A stretch of DNA of 64,000 bases, taken from contig CAWHBZ010000010.1 of assembly GCA_963827645.1 (NCBI GenBank), positions 28,325-92,324 of the forward strand, given 5' to 3'. Positions within the stretch are counted from its first letter, which is position 1; every line of letters starts with the position of its first letter. The DNA comes from an uncultured beta proteobacterium. Its GTDB lineage: Bacteria; Pseudomonadota; Gammaproteobacteria; Burkholderiales; Burkholderiaceae_C. The translations under genes and the position numbers were made by a program. Below, in pieces: positions 49,912-63,218 of this stretch. The notes beneath the pieces were generated by a model, which saw only the letters and a list, made by a program, of their open reading frames with translations, searched no databases and was not told the origin of the DNA.

Positions 49912-52900
49912 CATGACCCCCAGCAACCTGCTTCGCACGGCGCTTGGCGCCGCCTCACGCGGCAGCGCCGCCTTGCGCCTGTTCGCGCTTGCCGTCGCGG
50001 CGAGCGCCATCACCGCTTGCGGCGGTGGCGACGGCGCCAACACCTCGGCAGCGCCGGCCGCCAACAGCCGACCCGCAAGCCAGCTTCGCGGCGCCGGCCA
50101 GCGGCGGCGCTGGCCAGGCGCTGGCGTTCGATGCCAGTGCGTCGGCCGACGCCGACGGCGACGCACTCGCGTTCAGCTGGGATTTCGGTGACGGCAGCCA
50201 CGGCGGCGGCGCGCAACTCGCGCACGTGTTCCCCAGCGGCGGCAACTTCACGGTGACGCTCACGGTGGCCGATGGGCGCGGCGGCAGCGCCAGCGCCACG
50301 CGCAACATCACGGTCAGTGCGCCGCCGCCGCTGTCGGCCGCGGCGACGTCGGTGGCGCTGGTCAGCGATGCCGCCGGCCCGCTGCAAGGCGTGCGCGTCA
50401 CGGTGCTCGAAACCAGCGCCAACGCCACCACCGGCGGCGACGGCAAGGCCAACATCGCGATTGCCACCGGCGCGCCGGTGACGCTGAAGTTCAGCAAGGG
50501 CGGCTACGCTGACCAGTTCAAGAGCGTGCGACTGCAAAGTGGCGCCAGCGGCCTGCAAGTGGCGGTGCGCATGCTGGCGCGCGAAGACGCGCTGACGCTG
50601 GCCGACGCCGCTGCCGGCGGCACGCTCAGCGGCAAGCAAGGCGCCACGCTGGTGGTGCCGGCCGGCGCGCTGGTCGACGCCGCCGGCAACGCCGTCAGCG
50701 GCGCGGTTCAGGTGGCGATCACGCCGGTCGACGTGGCGGCCGACGTGCGCGCCTTCCCCGGCTTGTTCCAGGGCCTGCGCGCCAGCGGTGCGCGCGGGCT
50801 GATCGAGTCGTACGGCACGGTGGAATACGTGCTGACGAACAACGGCGCGCCGCTGCAGGTGGCGCCCGGCCAGAAGGTGACGATCGAGATCCCGATCTAC
50901 ACCGGCCTGCATCGCGACGGCAGCGCGGTGGCCGCCGGCCAGGTGATCCCGCTGTGGTCGCTCGACGAGCGCACCGTGGCGTGGGTGCAGGAGGGCACCG
51001 GCACGGTGGTGGCCAGCGCGGCGTCGCCCAGCGGCTTTGCGCTGCGCGCGCAAGTGAGCCACCTGTCGTGGTGGAACTGCGACCAGTGGCTCGGCTCGAT
51101 CCCCGACGGCTCGTACAACCCCGACGTGCGCTGCTGCATCCGCGACACGCCCAACGGCCCGTGCAAGGAGAACTCGGGCGACATCTGCGAGCACACCGGC
51201 AGCGGCCCGTCGTCGGGCGGCAACGCCGGCGGCAATGCCGGTGGTCGTGCCGGCGCGGCGCTGCAACGCGCGCTGCGCGAGCAGCCTCGGCAAGCGCCCG
51301 GCGCGCAGCGTGTGCCCGCGGTGGCGGCCTTCGCCACCGCGCCGGCACTCACCGGCGCGGTGCTGCCGATGCCGGCCGACATGGACATCACGCTGCAATC
51401 CAGCGCGCGCAACGGCACCTACCGCGGCACGCGCGTGCTGCGCGGCGGCGCCGGCGTCAGCGAAGTGGTCACCGTGTCGGTGCTGCCAGTGGCCAGCGGC
51501 GGCAACGACGACCCGATCACCTTGCCGTGGTCGCAGAACTATGCGATGCAGAACAACGGCGAGGTCGACCGCTACAAGCTGACGATGCCGGCTGGCCCCG
51601 GCTTCGAGGTCACCGTGTCGCGCGCCGGCTCCAACCTCGGCGGCACGCTGAAGGTCACGCGCCCCGACGGCAGCGTGGTCGCGACGCAGAACTTCGGCGC
51701 CAGCGCGGCCTACGTCGCCGAGGCCACGGTGGCCAGCGCCGGTGTCTACACGATCGAGGTCAGCGCCGGCAGCAACGCGCCGGGGGCCTACAAGCTCGAG
51801 GCGGCGAGCTTCGGCAACTGCAGCAGCGTGCAGGCGCTGACGCTGCCGTTCGACGGCATGGTCGACCTCGCGCCCAATCAGTCGCGCTGCTTCGACGTCT
51901 CGCTGGCGGCCGACGAGGTGATCCGCATTGACCCAATCGGCCCGCACAACAACGTGGCGGGCTCGGTGTCGCTGTCGACAGCGCTTGGCGTGCAGCAAAT
52001 CGTCGCGGGCGCGTACCCGGGCTCAGGGCCGATGGTCAGCGGCGTCGCGGTTGCCGGCAGCTACCGCCTGCGGGTGACCAACACGTCGTTGAACACCGGC
52101 AAGCTGGAGATGACCATCACCAAGCCCGCGGTGCAGGGCGTGCTCGCGGTGCCGGGCACAGCGCACGGTGACCGGCCTCGGCCCCGGCTCGGCGGACCAG
52201 CTGTTCCTGCTGAAGCCGCCTGCCGACGGCCTGTACCAGGTGTCGCTCGGCGCCGGCAACCTGCAGGCCGGCGTGCGCATCGATCCCGCGGGCACAGCCT
52301 TCACCACCGGCTGCGCGTGCGGCAGTGCGAACGTGACCACCGAGGCGCGCGCACTGCGCCACGCAGGGCCGGGATTGCCGGTGGCCATGGTGTTCCACAA
52401 CGCCGGCAGCGGCGACACGGTCGAGTTGTCCACCGGCGTGCCGACGCTGATCAACCGCGATGTCGACATCGACGGGGCACCCGGCAGCGGGCTGCGGGTG
52501 TACGCGTTCGATGCCAACGCCGGCGACGTCATCGCGTACCGACTCGCTCAACCGGCGGCGGCAGCCGACCAGGCCACGCTGTCGCTGAAGCGGCCGTCGG
52601 GAGACACGGTCCCCAGCGCCGGTGCGGTCACGTTGCCCGAAGACGGCCTCTACAGCGCGATGGTCGGCCAGTCGCTCGGCGGCGCGTTCGGCGCGCACAC
52701 GCTGCGTTTCAACACCGCGCCGCCGGTGCAGCCGCTGCCACTCGGCGCTGCCACGACGACGGTGCCGTTCGACCTGCCGCTCGGCCAGGTGCTGCGCTAC
52801 AGCGTCGACCTGACGCAAGGCGAACTGGTCGGCCTGTCGTTGGCCACGCCCGGGAACCTGCACGTTCAGGCGTCGTTGGCCAACCCGGTGGTCGACGGTC

Positions 52901-53748
52901 ACGTCAGCACGCCCGACAGCGGCAGCGGCCCGTTCGACGTGGCGTCGCCGCCGTCGTTCGTGCGCGCCAGCGGCAGCGTGATCCTGACCGTGCGCGGCGT
53001 CGGCGGCCCGCTCGAACGCTCGCGCGGCAACGGCAACACGCTGCGCGTGCACAAGCCCACGCCCGCCACGGCCGCGGTCAACGTCACGCAGACAGGCAAC
53101 CTCGCGGTCGGCGGCTGGACCAGCTACCGCTACACGGTGCCCGCGAGCGGACACTTTCTGCTGTACCTCGCATCGACCGCGCCGGCGCCCTACAGCCTGG
53201 CGGCCACCGTGTGGGCGGCGAGTTCGGTGTTCAGCAACTACAGCGGCGAGCTCACATCGAGCGCGGCGTTGAGTTCCTACGACTTCGAAGACCTCGGGCC
53301 GCTGCCCGCCGGCACCTACACGGTGACGGTGCGCAACAGCCACGTCGCGGCGGCCGCGTCGTACGCGGTGGGGCTGGTCGACCTGGAAGCGCCGACCGCG
53401 CTGGCCGTCAACGGCGCGCAACTGAGCGGCACCATCGACAGCGCCGGCGAGCGCGACTACGCCACCTTCGATGCCACGGCCGGACAGGCCTTCACGTTGC
53501 GCACCACGCCCAGCGTTCGCCGGCACGTTGCGCGTGCGCCGCCTCACCGCAGCCGGCGACTGGGCCAGCCGCAGCCTCCACTTCAACATCCCCGGCACGC
53601 CGCTGGCGCTGACGGCGGGTGCGCAGTCGGTGTTCGGGTTCACGATCCCGAGCGACTTGAACTTCGGCAGCGGCACCTACGTGGTCGAGGTGGCGCCCGA
53701 CGGCAGCCGGCTACCGGCAGCTACACGATGCAGCTGTCGTCGCCGTGA
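49912..53748 (+). CDS. very large secreted lipoprotein (~1280 aa) with PKD domain, carboxypeptidase-regulatory-like domain, Cys-rich segment and multiple pre-peptidase C-terminal (PPC)-like repeats; frameshifts near 49990, 52150 and 53500
   Basis: Lipoprotein signal ..LRLFALAVAASAITACGGG. PKD motif AFSWDFGDGSHGGGAQLAHVFPSGGNFTVTLTVADGRGG. ..GVRVTVLETSANATTGGDGKANIAIATGAPVTLKFSKGGYAD.. ..WWNCDQWLGSIPDGSYNPDVRCCIRDTPNGPCKENSGDICEH.. Repeated ..GEVDRYKLTMPAGPGFEVTV..GGTLKVTRPDGSVVATQNFGASAAYVAEATVASAGVYTIEVSAGSNAPGAYKLEA-type modules. Confidence 0.75.
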
Positions 53749-53755
53749 CCAAGAC

Positions 53756-53786
53756 GCGGTGGTGCGGCCAGGCACCGCACCACCGC
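53756..53786 (+). terminator. GC-rich hairpin (12-bp perfect stem GCGGTGGTGCGG / CCGCACCACCGC, 7-nt loop) right after the lipoprotein stop, with a TTTT run 14 nt downstream
   Basis: Seen at 53756..53786. The T-run at 53801..53804 is not adjacent to the stem, so intrinsic-terminator status is uncertain. Confidence 0.4.
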
Positions 53787-53805
53787 AGGCGGCGTGTGGC
53801 TTTTA

Positions 53806-53821
53806 GTTGACCGTTACGTCA
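53806..53821. promoter_or_regulatory. inverted repeat TTGAC-N6-GTCAA upstream of the VOC-ArsR-AHSA1 genes (possible -35 overlap or ArsR-type operator)
   Basis: ttgaccgttacgtcaa seen at 53806..53821, ~45 bp upstream of the VOC gene start. Confidence 0.3.
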
Positions 53822-53865
53822 AATATCGACAGGATGCGCAACCACTGTCGAAGCGGGAGCGCCCG

Positions 53866-54312
53866 ATGAAACCCACACCCCCCGGCTGGCCGCGCCTGTC
53901 GTCCAGCGCCTACTACCAGGATCCGGCCCGCATGATCGACTGGTTGTGCGAGGCTTTCGGCTTTGCGCTGCAGCTCAAGGTCGAGGGCGAAGGCGGCCGC
54001 ATCGAGCACAGCGAGCTCACCTACGGCGAGGCGCTGCTGATGGTCGGCGGCGAGCGGCGCGACAGCCGCTGGGGCGTGCACATGCTGAGCCCCAGGTCGG
54101 TCGAGGGCGCCAACACGCAGGGCCTGATGCTCTACGTCGACGACGTCGACGCGCATTGCGCGCGGGCGCGCGCCGCCGGCGCGCGCATCGTCGACGAGCC
54201 GTCGGTGCACGACTACGGCGAAGACTACTGGGCCGACCGCGGCTACGGCGCGCTCGACCCCGAAGGCCACTTCTGGTGGTTCTCGCAGCGGCTGCGCAGC
54301 AAGGCGGGTTGA
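53866..54312 (+). CDS. VOC family protein (glyoxalase/bleomycin-resistance fold)
   Basis: MKPTPPGWPRLSSSAYYQDPARMIDWLCEAFGFALQLKVEGEGGRIEHSELTYGEALLMVGGE..GLMLYVDDVDAHCARARAAGARIVDEPSVHDYG..YGALDPEGHFWWF. Confidence 0.7.
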   Translation: MKPTPPGWPRLSSSAYYQDPARMIDWLCEAFGFALQLKVEGEGGRIEHSELTYGEALLMVGGERRDSRWGVHMLSPRSVEGANTQGLMLYVDDVDAHCARARAAGARIVDEPSVHDYGEDYWADRGYGALDPEGHFWWFSQRLRSKAG

Positions 54313-54316
54313 GCCG

Positions 54317-54679
54317 TTGGTTGCCGCACCGGCCGAGCCCGCCGACGCCGCGTTGGCGCGCGCCTTCGCTGCATTGGCCGACCCCACCCGCTGCGCGGTG
54401 GTCGAGCTGCTGCGCGAGCGCCCGCAGCGGGCGAGCGACCTTGCCGCCGCGCTCCAGCTCGCGCCCGCGGGCCTGAGCCGCCACCTGCGCCTGCTCGAGC
54501 GCAGCGGCCTGGTGGCCGCCGACGGCGTGACCCACGATGCCCGTGTGCGCCTGTATCGGCTCGAGCCCCACGTGTTCGCGACGCTCAGCGACTGGGCGGC
54601 GGCGATGCAGGTGCAGTGGAGCGAACAGCTGCAGGCGTTCAAGGCGCACGCCGAACGCAGCGCGTCGCGGCGGCGCTGA
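54317..54679 (+). CDS. ArsR/SmtB-family transcriptional regulator (alternative TTG start)
   Basis: ..ARAFAALADPTRCAVVELLRERPQRASDLAAALQLAPAGLSRHLRLLERSGLV.. is a winged HTH of ArsR type. Confidence 0.7.
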   Translation: MVAAPAEPADAALARAFAALADPTRCAVVELLRERPQRASDLAAALQLAPAGLSRHLRLLERSGLVAADGVTHDARVRLYRLEPHVFATLSDWAAAMQVQWSEQLQAFKAHAERSASRRR

Positions 54680-54683
54680 CAGG

Positions 54684-55194
54684 CATGGCCGCCACCGCGC
54701 CGGGCGATCGAGCACGCGTCACCGTCGGCGTCGCGGTGCCGCCGGCGCAGGCGTTTCGCATCTTCACCGAGGAGATCGAGCTGTGGTGGCGGCGCGGGCC
54801 GCGTTTTCGCTGCGCGCCGGGCGACGCCGGGCTGATCGCGCTGGAGCCGCGGGTCGGCGGCCGCGTCTTCGAGTCGTATACGGTGGGGTCGCGCGAGAGG
54901 GTGGTCGAGATCGGCCGCATCCGCGTCTGGGAACCGCCGCACCGCCTGCTATTCGACTGGCGCGCAGCAAATTTCGCGCCGGCCGAACGCACCGAGGTCG
55001 AGGTGGTGTTCGAGCCGAGCGCGAACGGCACGCTGGTCACCGTCACGCACAGCGGCTGGGCCGCCATCCGCGACGATCACCCGGTGCGCCACGGCAAGAC
55101 AGGCGCCGACTTCAGCCGCGAGATCGGGCTGTGGTGGGGCGGCCTGCTGAGCGCGCTGCGGGTGCGCTGCACGCCGCGTGGAGAGCAGCGATAG
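54684..55194 (+). CDS. SRPBCC / AHSA1-domain protein (activator-of-Hsp90-ATPase-like), commonly paired with ArsR
   Basis: ..VTVGVAVPPAQAFRIFTEEIELWW..IALEPRVGGRVFESYTVGSRERVVEIGRIRVWEPPHRLLFDWRAANFAPAERTEVEVVFEPSANGTLVTVTHSGW... Confidence 0.65.
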
Positions 55195-55201
55195 GCGCCG
55201 G

Positions 55202-55716
55202 CTACGGAAACGCCGGCACGTTGGGCTCGCGCCCCTCGTCGTGGCCTTCCTTGTGCTTGGCGTGCAGCATGGCCTCGATCTCGTTGACGCGCAGCGCCGG
55301 CACGTCGGCCATCAGCAGGATCTCGCCGCGCGCCAGCGCCGGCTCGAAACGCCGCAACCGCCGGCTCGGCGTCGAGGCGCCGATCATGCTGGCCGACCAG
55401 GCGCCGAAGCCCGCGCCGAGCGCCGCCAGCGCGGCCACCAGCGCCGGCTTGGACACCATGTCGCCGATCGACGAGAAGGTGATCGTCGCCCCGGCGGCGG
55501 CGCCGAGCGCGGCCCCCAGCACCATGCCCATCTGCGCCGAGCGCACGAAGTCGGTCGCCTGCAGCAGGTTGGCCTCGTGCAGCCCGGAGAGGTCGACACC
55601 CTCGCGGGCCATGAAGTGGATGTGGCTGTTCTCGATGCGCGCCAACAGCAGGTCGTCCATCACCTGACGGGCGCTTTGCAGATCGGGCAGCAGCCAATAG
55701 ATGCGTCTGCGCATAC
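55202..55716 (-). CDS. hypothetical protein with Gly/Ala-zipper membrane segment
   Basis: MRRRIYWLLPDLQSARQVMDDLLLARIENSHIHFMAREGVDLSGLHEANLLQATDFVRSAQMGMVLGAALGAAAGATITFSSIGDMVSKPALVAALAALGAGFGAWSASMIG... Confidence 0.45.
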
Positions 55717-55820
55717 CGCCTCCTTCGGTGCCGCATGCAGCCGGCACCTGACGCCTTCTACACCCGGCGCAAGCCCCTGCGCAGGACGCCGTTATTGCCG
55801 CGGCCGGCCCTCGTACGCCC

Positions 55821-56632
55821 TCACCGGCAGCCCTCGGCGCCGCGGCTGAAGACCACGCCGCGAAGCGCCGACCAGACGCCGCCGGCCGCCTCGACCCGCA
55901 GTTGTGCATCGTGCAGGGCCAGCCGCGCGCGGCCATCGGGCCGCACCAGCTGCACGACGCCACCCTGAACGCGCGACTCGATGGCGGTGGGCGCCGACGA
56001 GCCGTGCGTCCACTCGCCGCGCAGCTTCCTGATACGTCTGCTCCAGTCGCAGCGCATGGCCGGCAGCGCACCAGGCACCGCTCCAGCGACGCCGGCACGA
56101 CCCACAGGTGCACGCGGCTCTTCTTTTCGAGCCCGACCGGCTTGTCGGGCGCGTCGACCACCCACGTGCGGTCGGGTTGCCAATCGCCCATGTCCCAGTC
56201 GTGCGACACGATGCGCGTGCCGGCGCGCAGCGCCAGCAGCTTCGGGCGCAACCGCAGGTTGACCTCGGGCAGCAGGTACATCGTGATGACGCTGGCCTGC
56301 GCGAGGTCGGTCTCGAACAGGTCCTGCACGATGAACTGCGTGCGCCCGGCCACGCCGGCGCGCACCGCGTTGTCGCGGCTGGTCTGCACCAGTTGAGGCG
56401 ACAGCTCGACGCCGACGCCGCGGGCGCCGAACTGCCGGGCGGCCGCAATCACGATGCGGCCGTCGCCGGAGCCCAGGTCGAGCACGACATCGGACGCCTG
56501 CACGCGCGCCAGCTTCAGCATGGCCATCGTCACGGGGTGCGGCGAGGTGACGAAAGGCACTTCGTCTTGCGCGTGCGCCGTCGTCGAGGCCAGCGCGGCT
56601 GTCAAGAAAAGCAGGGCACGCCGGCGCCCCAT
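55821..56632 (-). CDS. class I SAM-dependent methyltransferase with N-terminal signal peptide (predicted periplasmic), one frameshift
   Basis: MGRRRALLFLTAALASTTAHAQDEVPFVTSPHPVTMAMLKLARVQASDVVLDLGSGDGRIVIAAARQFGARGVGVELSPQLVQTSRDNAVRAG..VTMYLLPEVNLRLRPKLLALRAGTRIVSHDWDMGDW.., and the C-terminal piece lies in frame 55821..56183. Confidence 0.65.
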
Positions 56633-57081
56633 CGCGGCACCTTGGACGGCGCGACGCTCGAGGTTGGGGCGCGGTGGCGGCATGGAGTGCACGAGCCTAT
56701 CAGCACCCCCTAAAAACTCGCCTACCCGTGTGCGGGCAACCCGACTGTTTTGCCGCCAGCAATCCGGCGTATAAGGACAGTCCGCGGCGCCCCGCCAATG
56801 CGCCGCCAATCGCGGTAAACAAAATGGCCACAATTCGTTTTGTCTACAAGGGGCTGCAAACCAGCCCCGTTACCGGCAGTCATCAATGCCAGTGGCGCCG
56901 ACGCGACAACGCCCAGCGAGTTGAAGCCGGTCAAGGTCGACCGCTGGTGGCGTGAGTCGTCGTTCGATCTCTGGCAGGGCCTCGAGGTGCGCGAAGACCC
57001 GCCCGACACCATGCCGGCGCAGTGGCTCGACGAGGACCAGCCGCGCGACAAGCGCTGACGCGCCGCGTCAGAGGTACTGTC

Positions 57082-59777
<2,696 letters not shown>

Positions 59778-60158
59778 GGCACGGGCGATCTTGCGGCTGC
59801 AGCGCACTACCGGGATGAAACGACGCCGCCGCAGCGCGGCGCCGGGCAGCCGGGCCGCGGAGCGCCGCATGAAGCCATCGGTCTCCTGCGAGGCCCGCAG
59901 CAACAGCGCGCGCAGCGACGGCAGCAACGCACGGTGGGGCGGCGGCAGCGCCTGCAACCATGCTTCGCGCCGGCTTCGGGCAGCGCAAGTGCGGCTTCGA
60001 GCAGCAGGTTGATCTGCTGAAGCTCTGCCGTGTCGCGCTTGTGGACGGTTGCTCATCGCTGCAGCCCTCGGGCCGCGCACGTCCGAGGAGGGATGCCGAG
60101 TACCACGCATCACACGTCAAGCGAGCGGACACGCAGGCCGCTGCTCGCAAGCCCCGGT

Positions 60159-60695
60159 TCAGCGACCGAGCATCTCGGCCAGCAGCAGGCGCGCACGCTC
60201 CCAGTCGCGCCGCACGGTGCGGTCGCTCAAGCCGAGCGCGGCGGCGATCTCGGCGTCGGACAAGCCGGCGAAGTAGCGCATCTCGACCACCGAGACCAGC
60301 CGCGCATCGACTCGCGCCAGCGTTTCGAGCGCCTCGTGCACCGCCAGGATCTCGTCGTCGGTGGCGCCGATCTCCTCGGCGGTGCGGGTGTCCAGCGTGA
60401 CGTGTTCGGCGCCGCCGCCGCGGCGGTCGGCGTTGCGCCGGCGCACGAAGTCGATCACCACCGATCGCATCGTGGTGGCCGCATAGGCGAGGAAGTGCTC
60501 GCGGTCGTTGACGGTGACGCCGCCGTCGCGCTGCATGCGCAGGAACGCCTCGTGCACCAGCGACGCGGTGTCGAGCAGCGTGTGGCGGCCGCCGCCGGCC
60601 AGCCGCAAGCGCGCCAGCCGTCGCAGCTCGTTGTACAGCGACGGGAACAACGCCTGCACCGACGGCCGTTCGGCCGGGGGCGCAGGGCGTGGCAC
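60159..60695 (-). CDS. ECF-type RNA polymerase sigma factor (kinase-associated ECF subgroup)
   Basis: ..LFPSLYNELRRLARLRLAGGGRHTLLDTASLVHEAFLRM.. (region 2) and ..VEMRYFAGLSDAEIAAALGLSDRTVRRDWERARLLLAEML (region 4). Intact 178 aa. Confidence 0.8.
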   Translation of the reverse strand: MPRPAPPAERPSVQALFPSLYNELRRLARLRLAGGGRHTLLDTASLVHEAFLRMQRDGGVTVNDREHFLAYAATTMRSVVIDFVRRRNADRRGGGAEHVTLDTRTAEEIGATDDEILAVHEALETLARVDARLVSVVEMRYFAGLSDAEIAAALGLSDRTVRRDWERARLLLAEMLGR

Positions 60696-60840
60696 CTTTC
60701 ATCGCGTCGAGCATAACAACCTCGGGCGGGGTCGTGCACACCGCGCCGCCGGTGCGGGCATCGCCGCGCGCGCGAGCGTTGCACCCGACGGGGGCGAGGG
60801 TGGAGGCGCGCGCGTCACGAGCCGCAGGCCTGCGCCTGCC

Positions 60841-61723
60841 TCAGGCCGCCGCCCGCATCGAGCGGCCTTCGAGCATCGTCATGATCTGCGGCAACTGGGC
60901 TCGCGCGGCGCGGCGTCCGGCCTCGTAGAGATAACGCAGCGCGCCGGTCTCCCACAGGCCGACGCGCCGCTCGAGCGCGAGCTCGATGTGCAGCACCCGC
61001 TGGCCGGCCGCGCGTGCCGCCGCATTGCGGGCCTGCATCAGGTTGTTGATCAGCGCGGTGCTCACCTGGGCCACCAGGCGAGAAGCACGGTCGACGCGGC
61101 GCGGCATCGCGCCCTGGAAGCCGAGCGCGATGACCGTGCGCGCGTCGGCCGCGGCGGCCAGCGGCAACGGATCGGAGATGACGCCATCGATCAGCCGACG
61201 GCCGTCGATCGTCACCGCCGGAAAGAGAAACGGCACCGCGATGCTGGCGCGCAGCGCGTCGACCATGCGGCCTTGCGTCAGCACCACCGCCTCGCCGCTG
61301 GCGGCGTCGGTGGCCGCGACGCGCAGCGCGGTGGGCGTGTCTTCGAGCCGCCGCTGGCCGAAGGCGTCGCGGATGCGGCGCTCGATCAGCCCGGCATCGC
61401 GCAATGCGAAATCGTCGCCGAAGCCGGCCAGGCGCGGCGCCAGCAACTGCAGCCACGCGCGCCAGCGATGCTGGCGTGTCAGCTCGCTGCGACCACAACT
61501 CGGTGGCCGTCTGCAGCGACTGCTCGGGCGACATGCGCAGCGCGACCGTGGCGCCGAACAGCGCACCGGAGCTGCAGCCCACCACCAGGTCGGGCAACAC
61601 GCCCTCGCGCGCCAGCACTTCGGCGATGCCCACCGCGGCGATGCTGCGCACGCCGCCGCTGCCCAGGACGAGGGCCAGGCGCGGCGGCCGGTGGCCGGGC
61701 GAGGGCTGGGATGGGGTCGGCAT
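60841..61723 (-). CDS. patatin-like phospholipase family protein, frameshifted
   Basis: ..RLALVLGSGGVRSIAAVGIAEVLAREGVLPDLVVGCSSGALFGATVAL.. (GxGxxG plus GxSxG nucleophile). C-terminal half ..LRVAATDAASGEAVVLTQGRMVDALRASIAVPFLFPAVTIDGRRLIDGVISDPLP.. (catalytic Asp). Confidence 0.75.
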
Positions 61724-62056
61724 CGGATGCGGCTTTCGTCGGGCGGCAGGAGCTCGCGACGGGCGGGGCGGGTGAGTGGTCGAATCACGTACCACGCGAG
61801 AATCTGGCCGCCCGCGGGCAATGGCGGCCGGAAGTGCCGAACCATACACGCAGCCGGCGACGCCGCCATCGCGACATCCGCGGGCGCGCAACGCTGCAGC
61901 CTGCCCCCGGCTGGCGACCGCCGGTCGCATGCCCGCGGCGAAAGCCCGCCAATCGGTGAGAGACTTCCGCCTTCGCGCCGCGCCGGCGCTCGCCCGGTTA
62001 CCCCCGGGCCCGCTCGCCGTCGCCGGCTCAACTCCACGATCCCCGGAGCCTCGTGC

Positions 62057-63202
62057 ATGTCGTTGTGTCGCCTCGTCGTCGCCCTGGTCGCGGCCACCCT
62101 GCTGATGGCCGCCTGCGGCAAGGCCGGCGCGCCGGCCGCGGCCACCGGCCGGCAGCACGACGCTGCTGCTGGCGCCCGAAGACGTGCGCACGATCGCCTT
62201 CAGCGCGCGCTCCGAGGGCCCGGTGGTCACCGGCTCGGTGCAGCCCGAGCGGCGCGCCGACCTGCGCGCCGAGGTGTCGTCGGTGGTGCTGCAGGTGCTC
62301 AAGGACAACGGCGAGCCGGTGCAAGCGCGGCGACCTGCTGGTGCGGCTGGACGACACCTCGATCCGCGACGGCCTGGGTTCGGCCGACGAGGCGGTGCGC
62401 GCCATCGCGCAGGCGTTCGACCAGGCCGAGCGCCAGGTGCAGCGCCTGAAGACGCTGCAGGCCCAGGGCATGACGTCGATGCAGGCGCTCGAGGACGCCG
62501 AGGTGCGGCGCAACAACGCGCAGAGCGAGCTCGCCGCGGCGCGCGCGCGCCTGGTGTCGGCGCGCCAGATGCTGCAGCGCACCGAGGTGCGCGCGCCGTT
62601 CGACGGCGTGGTCAGCGACCGCAAGGTCTCGTCGGGCGACACCGCGCAGGTGGGCAAGGAGCTGCTCAAGGTGATCGATCCGCGCACCATGCGCTTCGAG
62701 GGCCTGGTGTCGGCCGACCGCATGAGCGAGCTGAAGATCGGCCAGCGCGTGAGCTTTCGCGTCAACGGCTATGCCGCCGACCGACTTTGCCGGCACGATC
62801 AAGCGCATCGACGCCGCCGCCAATGCGACGACGCGCCAGGTCGAGGTGGTGGTCGCCTTCGCCGGCGGCGAGATGCCGCGCGTGGCCGGCCTGTACGCCG
62901 AGGGCCGCATCGAGACCGGCACGACGCAGGTGCTGAGCGTGCCCGAGGCCGCCGTGGTGCGCGCCGGCGACGCCACCCACGTGTGGCGCGTCAACGGCCA
63001 GACGCTGCAGAAGGTGGCCGTGCATCTGGGCGAGCGCGATGCGCGGCGCGGCGACTTCCCGGTGATCAGCGGCCTGGCCGCCGGCGACCGCATCCTGCGC
63101 GCGCCCGGCAGCACGCTGGTCGATGGCCAGAAGGTCGAGTTCGCGGCGGCCGCGGCAGCAGCCGGCGGCAGCGCAAGCCCGCCGCTGGCGGCCAAGCCCT
63201 GA
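62057..63202 (+). CDS. efflux RND transporter periplasmic adaptor (membrane fusion protein), frameshifted
   Basis: Lipoprotein-like MSLCRLVVALVAATLLMAACGKAG. ..RTIAFSARSEGPVVTGSVQPERRADLRAEVSSVVLQVLKDNGEPV.. C-terminal ..GTIKRIDAAANATTRQVEVVVAFAGGEMPRVAGLYAEGRIETGTTQVLSVPEAAVVRAGDATHVWRVNG... Confidence 0.75.
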
Positions 63203-63218
63203 CGCAGCAGGAGGCCGC

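Noticed and set aside
56840-57058. 72-aa ORF (MSTRGCKPAPLPAVINASGADATTPSELKPVKVDRWWRESSFDLWQGLEVREDPPDTMPAQWLDEDQPRDKR) between the methyltransferase and the kinase.
   Set aside because: No RBS, no recognisable family, and overlapping frames are equally open. Possibly real but unsupported.
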